Positions 57,377 to 64,000 of a DNA stretch of 64,000 bases are shown in pieces; the stretch's first letter is position 1, and each line of letters starts with the position of its first letter. The position numbers and the translations under genes were made by a program. The notes below the pieces were generated by a model that ran no database searches, had not been told where the DNA came from, and worked only from the letters and a program-made list of their open reading frames with translations. The DNA comes from Chloroflexota bacterium (lineage in GTDB: Bacteria; Chloroflexota; UBA11872; VXOZ01), in the NCBI GenBank assembly GCA_963663275.1, contig OY760183.1, positions 1,248,001 to 1,312,000 of the forward strand, given 5' to 3'.

Positions 57377-57518
57377 GTGGCGTTTACATAAGTCCGTCAT
57401 TCCGGCGAAAGCCGGAATCCAGAGGGCTGTTGCACGTTAAGGATAGCATGATGAAAAGCCATGTTGTCCCCCCATCCCAACCTTCCCCCCAAAGGAGAAG
57501 GGGTTAGGCAAAGGTCTC
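57377..57518. mobile_element. Degenerate GAGACCTTTGC-family MITE
   Basis: Right end gttaggcaaaggtctc; same internal order (gtcattccggcgaaagccggaatccag ... ccatcccaaccttcccc) as 49925 and 35068; left end eroded. Confidence 0.65.
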
Positions 57519-57534
57519 CCAAAGGGGAAAGGGG

Positions 57535-57771
57535 CTATAGAGTGGGTTCCAGAGGTTTCATGCGCAGCGGCGTATCCATGAGATACGTGAGCGCGACGCG
57601 GTGGCCGGCCTGGGGGTTGGCGTACACGCAGTCCGCAGCCAGGTGCACCTCATGGATGGTGTGGCGGTCCTCTTGCCAAACGAGCGTCAGCTTGTAGTGT
57701 TCCACTCCTTGCAGGTCGTAGGCCTCGACCTGGAGCAGCAGCGCCGGGCGCTCCTGGGTGGCGCGCATCAT
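57535..57771 (-). CDS. Small hypothetical protein (78 aa)
   Basis: MMRATQERPALLLQVEAY..; gagga RBS; ATGA overlap with the upstream gene. Confidence 0.6.
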   Translation of the reverse strand: MMRATQERPALLLQVEAYDLQGVEHYKLTLVWQEDRHTIHEVHLAADCVYANPQAGHRVALTYLMDTPLRMKPLEPTL

Positions 57772-58304
57772 GGCGATTCCTCGCGTTGCTCTGCCAGGCG
57801 CGCGTTCACGCGCTCCAGGACGTATGCTACCAGGCGCGCCGCACTGGATTCTACGACCGCCGTCGTCAGCGGCGCGGTTGCGTTTGTCGTCGCGTTCTCC
57901 GGGCCGCGCAGCGCCAGATGGAGCGTACCGGCGCGCGGCGTGCGTTCCCACTCCACCGCCAGGCCCCATTCCGCGCCGAAGGCCGCCTGCGCCAGCGCGG
58001 CCAGTCCGCGCAGGCGCGCCGGGCTGCCGGGCGGTTCCGTCTGCCAGCCGCCGTCTCCGGTGAGCGCGCGCGGCCAGGCGGCGGCGTCCGCCGTGAGAAT
58101 GAGCGCGCCCCTGTAGAAGGCGGAACTGCCCGCCTCCGCCGTGAAAGCCTGGGAAACCAAGCCGCCGCTGCCGATCTCCACGCAGGCCAGCGTCTCATGC
58201 CGCGCCGCCAGGCGGGCCCCGATGCGCCGGCGCAACGCAGCGGCAGACTGGGGCTCACGTGGACGAGAAAGGCCGTTCACCGCTACCGCCAGACTATTTC
58301 CCAT
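57768..58304 (-). CDS. Degenerate CinA C-terminal (PncC-like) protein
   Basis: ETLACVEIGSGGLVSQAFT..GSSAFYRG; start may be GTG at 58280. Confidence 0.65.
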   Translation of the reverse strand: MGNSLAVAVNGLSRPREPQSAAALRRRIGARLAARHETLACVEIGSGGLVSQAFTAEAGSSAFYRGALILTADAAAWPRALTGDGGWQTEPPGSPARLRGLAALAQAAFGAEWGLAVEWERTPRAGTLHLALRGPENATTNATAPLTTAVVESSAARLVAYVLERVNARLAEQREESP

Positions 58305-58537
58305 TGCACCGGCGCGTCGTTGAGCGGCTGATTGTACTCGTCGAGCACGTTGAAGCGCAGGCCGTCCGCCCGCCGCGCCTCGATGCGCACCATGCGCACC
58401 TCGTCCGTCAGGGCGTAGCAGAGGACTTTGCGGGGCACGCCGCGCCCCTGCGCCACAATCTCGGCGGGAAACGCCAGCGTCCGCGCGCCCCGCGCGGTCT
58501 CCGTCTTGAACGTCAGCGGCTCTCGTTCTTCCGGCAC
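58283..58537 (-). CDS. Small hypothetical protein (84 aa)
   Basis: aaggag RBS + GTG; reads VPEEREPLTFKTE...WEIVWR. Confidence 0.6.
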   Translation of the reverse strand: MPEEREPLTFKTETARGARTLAFPAEIVAQGRGVPRKVLCYALTDEVRMVRIEARRADGLRFNVLDEYNQPLNDAPVQWEIVWR

Positions 58538-58792
58538 GTCGGTCTCCTTGCGAACTCGCGGCGACTTGGTGGCGACCTGGTGGCGACCTCTTTGCCACCC
58601 CTTGGTGTTTTCCGGCGCCCCCTGCGCGCGTCTGCCACTGTATGATAGCATTACTGTGTACGCTCTGAGCGTGGCCCCCCTGATCGTGCAACCCCCGTTG
58701 GCTGCTTGCCCCAGCCGCGCGCGCCGAATCCGCAGTGGCGTATCTCGACACGATTGTGCCCACTTCTTCAAGAGACGCAGTAGGAGGAGCGA

Positions 58793-59770
58793 GTGGTGAA
58801 AACGGCCTTGATAACCGGCATTACCGGACAGGACGGCACGTATCTCGCCGAGTATCTTCTCGGCCTGGGATACACGGTGCACGGTCTCATTCGCGGCCAG
58901 AACAATCCCAAAGCGGAGGCCGTGCGGCGGCTCATTCCGGACTTGGAACTCATCGAGGGGGATCTCCTGGACCAGAGTTCGCTCATCGGCGCCGTGGAGG
59001 CCGCGCAACCGGATGAGGTCTATAATCTGGGGGCGATCAGCTTCATCCCGGTGTCGTGGCGGCAGCCGGTGCTTACCAGCGAGATTACGGGTCTGGGCGT
59101 CACGCGGATGCTGGAGGCCATTCGCATCGTGAACCGGGACATTCGCTTCTACCAGGCGTCCAGCAGCGAGATGTTCGGCAAGGTGCGCGAGGTGCCGCAG
59201 AGCGAGACCACGCCCTTCCATCCGCGCAGCCCGTACGGCGCGGCCAAGGCGTTTGGGCACTACACCACGGTGAATTACCGCGAGAGTTACGACATGTTCG
59301 CGTGCTCGGGCATTCTCTTCAACCATGAATCGCCGCGCCGGGGCCTGGAGTTCGTGACGCGAAAGACGACGAACGCGGCGGCGCGCATCAAGCTGGGCAC
59401 GCAGTCGGAACTCGTGATGGGCGATCTGACGCCAAAGCGCGATTGGGGCTACGCCGGCGACTACGTGCGGGCGATGCATCTGATGCTGCAACAGGACGAG
59501 CCGGACGACTACGTGGTCGGCACCGGCGAAACGCACTCGATCCAGGAGATGTGCGCGGCGGCGTTTGCCCACGTGGGTTTGGACTGGCGGGACTACGTGC
59601 GCACCGACCCGCGCTTCCTGCGTCCGGCGGAGGTGAGCCTCTTGATCGCCGACAGCGCGAAAGCGCGCGAGAAGCTGGGGTGGCGGCCGACCGTGGACTT
59701 TCCGGGTCTGATCGAGATGATGGTGGAGAGCGATCTGGAGCGCGAGCGCGCCAACGGCGGGGGCGAATGA
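58793..59770 (+). CDS. gmd: GDP-mannose 4,6-dehydratase
   Basis: [49 protein letters not shown]. Confidence 0.97.
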   Translation: MVKTALITGITGQDGTYLAEYLLGLGYTVHGLIRGQNNPKAEAVRRLIPDLELIEGDLLDQSSLIGAVEAAQPDEVYNLGAISFIPVSWRQPVLTSEITGLGVTRMLEAIRIVNRDIRFYQASSSEMFGKVREVPQSETTPFHPRSPYGAAKAFGHYTTVNYRESYDMFACSGILFNHESPRRGLEFVTRKTTNAAARIKLGTQSELVMGDLTPKRDWGYAGDYVRAMHLMLQQDEPDDYVVGTGETHSIQEMCAAAFAHVGLDWRDYVRTDPRFLRPAEVSLLIADSAKAREKLGWRPTVDFPGLIEMMVESDLERERANGGGE

Positions 59771-59876
59771 TTCTTGGATTGTTGCGCAGCGTGAAGTATG
59801 GTATTCTAAGTAGCCTAGTGTGCGAGCGCGGTGTTTGCACGTGTGGCGACGCGAAAACACAAGGAGTGTGGGTGAT

Positions 59877-60086
59877 TTGTCAGCAGTGACCTTGCGCGAC
59901 GGTGAAAGCTTCGAGAGTTTCTTGCAGCGATTCCGCTCGTCGGTAAACCGTTCGGGAGTGATGCGGGAAGTCCGCTTGCGGCGCTTCTATCGCTCGAAAG
60001 CAGAAAAAGAACGTTTGGCGCTCCAGCGGGCTATTCGCCGCCAGCGCCGGCGCGAGGCCAAAGTGCGCAAGTCGATGGGGGGCTAG
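59877..60086 (+). CDS. rpsU: 30S ribosomal protein S21
   Basis: V.LRDGESFESFLQRF..V.RSG..REV..RRFY, basic tail; aaggag + TTG. Confidence 0.85.
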   Translation: MSAVTLRDGESFESFLQRFRSSVNRSGVMREVRLRRFYRSKAEKERLALQRAIRRQRRREAKVRKSMGG

Positions 60087-60137
60087 GAGAGTCCGATCCT
60101 CCGCGCTCCGCCCACGCAGCCTGTGCAACGGAGATGA

Positions 60138-60175
60138 CAATAGCGCGCGACGGAGTCGCGCGCTATTGCTTTTCT
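60138..60175 (+). terminator. Intrinsic terminator after rpsU
   Basis: 14-bp stem caatagcgcgcgac/gtcgcgcgctattg followed by cttttct. Confidence 0.8.
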
Positions 60176-60390
60176 ATCAATAGGCCAGCGTGTGCACGCG
60201 ACAGGGCGCCTAACCCTGTTGCCCTATATAGGGCCGCTTTTGTACTTGCCATTCTAGCATCCAGGTTGACCGAAGGTGTCGGCGCAAGTACAATTAATAG
60301 AGAACTGATGTGTCGGGGCGGCTTCCCGGTAGAGTTGAGTTTGAAAGAAGAGGCCGCTTCCGATTTTTTGTGTAGCGTGCGAAGGAGGAG

Positions 60391-61782
60391 ATGCACGTGC
60401 AGCGGATTAGTCGACGCAAGTTTCTCTATGGCAGCGCCTTAGCCGGTCTTGGCTCGGCCTTGCTGGCCGCCTGCGGCCAGGGCATGGCCCCGGCCACCGC
60501 GCCGGCGGACGCGCCGGCAGCGGAGGATGAAGCGCCCCAGGCCGAAGAGTCGATGAGCATGGCCGACGGTCGCACCATCATTTCGTTCTGGTCGTACATC
60601 GGCTTTGGCTCCACCGGCTTGCACCCGCAGGTGCAGGGCCTTTCGGACATGGTCGTCAAGTACAACTCCGAGAATGAAGACAACATCCTCGTCGAGATCG
60701 TGCCCGGCAAGGGCACCGACGAGGCGAAGACCGCGGCCGCGGGCGGCGTGCCCCCGGCGGTGCACTGGCACGCCTGGCCGGATAGCACCAACTTCTTTGC
60801 CGCCGGTGTGACGGTGGACCACGAGGAAGAGTTGAAGCGCTTCCCGGGCTGGACCGAGCAGCGGGCCGACTACTTCGAGCCCATGACCGTCAGCACCACC
60901 TGGCAGGGCAAGCTGACCGGCCTGCCGATCAATACCAACAACAACATCATGATCTGGAACCCGGACATCCTCTCCACGGCCGGCGTCAGCGATCCGGAAG
61001 AGGGCTGGACGTGGGACGACATGCTGGAGATGGCGCAGAAGGCGGCCAATCCGCCGGAAGTCTGGGGCTGGGACTACCACCCGCGCAGCATCACCCGCTG
61101 GGACCAGGTGGCCGGCAGCGCCGGCTTCAAGTGGCTGAACGAGGAACAGACCCGTTGGAACTTCGACTCCGACGAGGCAATCTGGGCCACGCAGATGATC
61201 AGCGACTGGATGAACGCCTACCAACTCGCGCCGTATAAGGACGAGTGGGGCGGCGAGTTGTTTCACGACGGCAAGACGGTCTTCGAGTCGCAAGGCCCCT
61301 ACCGCCTGCCGACGCTGCGCAAGCGCGGCGACGTCTTCAAGGCCATCCACACGCCGATTCAGACCAAGCGCCACGCGCCCAACGGCGGCCAGAACATTGC
61401 CGTCTTCGTGCAGGCCAACGCGGACATCCTCGACGCGGGCCTGCGCTTTGCGCAGTACGCCGTTTCGGCGGACGCCCAGGTCTTCGTCATCACGGCGTCC
61501 GGCGGCACGAACCTGCCGGTGAGCAAGTCCGTGCTGAACCACGAGGGCTACCAGGGCCTGATCGCCAACGACCCGGATTACGCCACGTTCGCGGCGGAAC
61601 TGCCCAACGGCGGCCGCTATCCCGGTCTGCCGTCCGGTTACGGCGGCTTCCAGGGCCAACTCTTCAGCGAGGGCTTCCACAAGGTCTGGCGCGGCGAGTT
61701 GACCGCCGAGGAAGGCATGAAGGTCATCCAGGACATCGCGCAGGTGCAGCTCGAGGCCGACATCGCCCGCATGGGCGGCTAA
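60391..61782 (+). CDS. Sugar ABC substrate-binding Tat lipoprotein
   Basis: ISRRKFL, LAACG, WTWDDM; aaggaggag RBS. Confidence 0.9.
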   Translation: MHVQRISRRKFLYGSALAGLGSALLAACGQGMAPATAPADAPAAEDEAPQAEESMSMADGRTIISFWSYIGFGSTGLHPQVQGLSDMVVKYNSENEDNILVEIVPGKGTDEAKTAAAGGVPPAVHWHAWPDSTNFFAAGVTVDHEEELKRFPGWTEQRADYFEPMTVSTTWQGKLTGLPINTNNNIMIWNPDILSTAGVSDPEEGWTWDDMLEMAQKAANPPEVWGWDYHPRSITRWDQVAGSAGFKWLNEEQTRWNFDSDEAIWATQMISDWMNAYQLAPYKDEWGGELFHDGKTVFESQGPYRLPTLRKRGDVFKAIHTPIQTKRHAPNGGQNIAVFVQANADILDAGLRFAQYAVSADAQVFVITASGGTNLPVSKSVLNHEGYQGLIANDPDYATFAAELPNGGRYPGLPSGYGGFQGQLFSEGFHKVWRGELTAEEGMKVIQDIAQVQLEADIARMGG

Positions 61783-61871
61783 GTCGCCCTCGGCTAGCGG
61801 CGCTGGCGAGCACTGGCGACAGCCGGGCTGCCGCCTGAGTTGCCACGCCGCTCCATAGCTTGATGGACTTC

Positions 61872-61907
61872 CAAGAAGCCAGCTAGGATAGACTAGCTGG
61901 CTTCTTG
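61872..61907. terminator. Hairpin after the SBP gene
   Basis: 15-bp stem caagaagccagctag/ctagctggcttcttg; weak U tract. Confidence 0.6.
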
Positions 61908-62015
61908 CCTTAAACTGAACAGTGCACTTACAACGTCCATCGCCCGCTGCGGGATGAGACTGCGGGCTATAGGCCGCGTCTCAGTACGACAGCGCCAAAC
62001 AAGGGAAACTCATCT

Positions 62016-63062
62016 ATGGCATATCGAGTGGGTGTGATCGGCTGCGGCCGCATCGGCAGCACGATTGACGACGAGGTGCACGGCAACGCCAGTGTCATCC
62101 TGCCGTTTGCGCACACGGCGGCCTACGTGGAAGAGCCGCGCGTGCGCGTGGTTGCCGCCGCGGACGTAGATCCACAGAAGCGCGACGCCTACCGGCGGCG
62201 CTGGGGCGTGGAGCGCGTCTATGAATCCCATGAGACGCTGCTGGCGAGCGAGAGGCTGGACATCGTCAGCGTCTGCACCCGCACCGAGGAACGGCCGGCG
62301 GTGGTTGCCGCCTGCGCGGAGGCGGGCGTGAAGGTCATCTTTGCCGAAAAGCCGCTGGCGTGGTCGCTCGGCGAGGCGGAAGCGATGCTGGCCGCCTGCC
62401 GCCAACACGGCGTCAAGCTCGGCGTGGGCTGTCTCCGCCGCTGGCATCCCTTCTACCGCCAGGCAAAGCGGTTGATCGACGAGGGCGAAATCGGCGCGGT
62501 GCTTCAGATTACCGGCTATTGTGGCTCCACGCTCTCCCACGACGGCAGCCATTGGATGGACCTCATGCGCTACTTTGCCAACGACGCGCCGGTGGACTGG
62601 CTCGTGGGCGAGATGGGCAACGCGGAAGCCCTGACCGACGACCGGGACGTTCACGGCGGCAACGCCTACGTCGCGTTTCGCAACGGCGCGCGCGGGTACT
62701 TGCGCATGACGGCAACGGGCGCGGCGGTGCAGGAGTGGGACATCATCGGCGAGCGGGGGCGCATCCGGGCGCTGGACGGCGGGCGGGAGTTCGAACTCTG
62801 GCAGCGCGCCGGCGGCGGCAAGACCGACCGTCCGGTACGCGAGGCGTTTCCAAGGCCGCAGCGGCTGCCCAGCCCCACGGCGCAAGCGGTTGCCGACATG
62901 ATCGAATGCCTGGAAACCGCCAAGGAGCCGGACTGCGACGGCGCGGATGGCTACGCCGCGCTGGAAATCGCGCTCGCCATGCGGGAGTCGTACCGGCACG
63001 GCTGCGCGCGTATAGACTTCCCCTTCGAGGACAAGGACGCCAAACTGATTACGCCTACCTGA
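62016..63062 (+). CDS. Gfo/Idh/MocA oxidoreductase
   Basis: VIGCGRIG, IFAEKP, HDGSHWMD. Confidence 0.9.
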   Translation: MAYRVGVIGCGRIGSTIDDEVHGNASVILPFAHTAAYVEEPRVRVVAAADVDPQKRDAYRRRWGVERVYESHETLLASERLDIVSVCTRTEERPAVVAACAEAGVKVIFAEKPLAWSLGEAEAMLAACRQHGVKLGVGCLRRWHPFYRQAKRLIDEGEIGAVLQITGYCGSTLSHDGSHWMDLMRYFANDAPVDWLVGEMGNAEALTDDRDVHGGNAYVAFRNGARGYLRMTATGAAVQEWDIIGERGRIRALDGGREFELWQRAGGGKTDRPVREAFPRPQRLPSPTAQAVADMIECLETAKEPDCDGADGYAALEIALAMRESYRHGCARIDFPFEDKDAKLITPT

Positions 63063-63123
63063 AATTAAGGCTGCGGAAGATGAGGTCCGGGTCTGATTTC
63101 GGCTACGTCAGAAGGAGGATGCA

Positions 63124-64000
63124 ATGACACCTGAGAAACCGCTGCGGGTCGCCATGATTGGGCTGCGCCACCCGCACGTGGGCAGTCTGGATCCGGCGCG
63201 GCCGGCGCCGGGCTACATTCATACTTTCAAGCAGATTCCCAATGTGGAGATTGTCGCCTATTGCGAGGACAGCGATTCTTCCTTGCTGGATCTGGCGCGG
63301 GCGTTCGACCCCGGCGCGCGCGTCTACACGAGCGTGGACGACCTCTTGGCAAAAGAGGATTTCGCGCTGGCGTGCGTCGTGTTGCCCGCCAACGAAATAC
63401 CGGGCGTTGGCATCAAGCTGGCCGAGGCCGGCAAGCACTTCTTCGTGGAGAAGCAATTCGCCCGCACGGCGGCGGATCTGGCGCCTTTGGTGGAGGCCGT
63501 AGAACGGAATCAGGTCAAAGCGCTGGCTGGCTACCCCTGGCGCTTTCATCCGGCGATGCGGGACTTGAAGCAACTCATCGACCAAGGGGTGTTCGGCCCG
63601 CCGCTCTCGCTGGAGAGCCGGCTGGTAACCACCCAGGTGCGGCCCGGCAGCCGCGAGCCGGCACACTTCATGTTCACCGCCGAGAACGAGGGCGGCGGCG
63701 TGCTGCACATGCTTGGCGGGCACTACATCGAGTTCATGCGGCACCTCATGCAGTGCGAGGTCAAGAGTGTCCAGGCGCTGGCGGCCCGGCCGGTGGGATA
63801 CATCGACGCGCCGCTGGAAGACGTGGCGGTGGTGGCCATGGAGTACGAGAACGGCGCGCTGGGCAGCCTGCACGCCGCGTACGCGCAACCGCCGCTTTCC
63901 GATGGATACGACTCGTGCTTCGTCTATCGCGGGTTGCACGGTTGGGCCGACTGGACGCCCGTCGGCGGCAATCGCCTGAAGGTCGTCAGCGACGCGCCCG
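63124..64000 (+). CDS. Gfo/Idh/MocA oxidoreductase, truncated by the window end
   Basis: aggagg + ATG; MTPEKPLRVAMIGLRHPH, HFFVEKQ, GGGVLHMLGGH; no stop before 64000. Confidence 0.85.
   Translation, partial: MTPEKPLRVAMIGLRHPHVGSLDPARPAPGYIHTFKQIPNVEIVAYCEDSDSSLLDLARAFDPGARVYTSVDDLLAKEDFALACVVLPANEIPGVGIKLAEAGKHFFVEKQFARTAADLAPLVEAVERNQVKALAGYPWRFHPAMRDLKQLIDQGVFGPPLSLESRLVTTQVRPGSREPAHFMFTAENEGGGVLHMLGGHYIEFMRHLMQCEVKSVQALAARPVGYIDAPLEDVAVVAMEYENGALGSLHAAYAQPPLSDGYDSCFVYRGLHGWADWTPVGGNRLKVVSDAP

Noticed and set aside
61920-62015. Structured leader or riboswitch
   Set aside because: Only one imperfect hairpin, with no family motif recognised.

Overview
High-GC bacterial window, most likely Chloroflexota (inferred from gene content, not proven), with about 43 genes. 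Housekeeping genes: hisB, dxr, rseP, fhs, guaB, murJ, gmd, rpsU. Catabolic and transport genes: five Gfo/Idh/MocA oxidoreductases, two enolase-superfamily enzymes, an Opp/Dpp operon and three orphan Tat-lipoprotein substrate-binding proteins. Accessory genes: two ABC-ATPase/TOPRIM modules, a large PQQ-repeat lipoprotein with a decayed neighbour, an archaeal-style split MetE beside fhs, and a cluster after guaB (amino-MTase, Eco29kI-like nuclease, DUF5131, Ig-split propeller, HNH). The intergenic DNA is the most unusual part. It holds about 8 REP-like palindrome families and 4 families of 140-200 bp IS-ended miniature elements that carry REPs as cargo. Several of these elements insert precisely into REPs, with readable target-site duplications, one self-nesting case and one internal inversion. 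Short tandem arrays grow out of REP ends. No transposase, CRISPR/cas, tRNA or rRNA was recognised. All calls come from reading motifs by eye; no database search was run.
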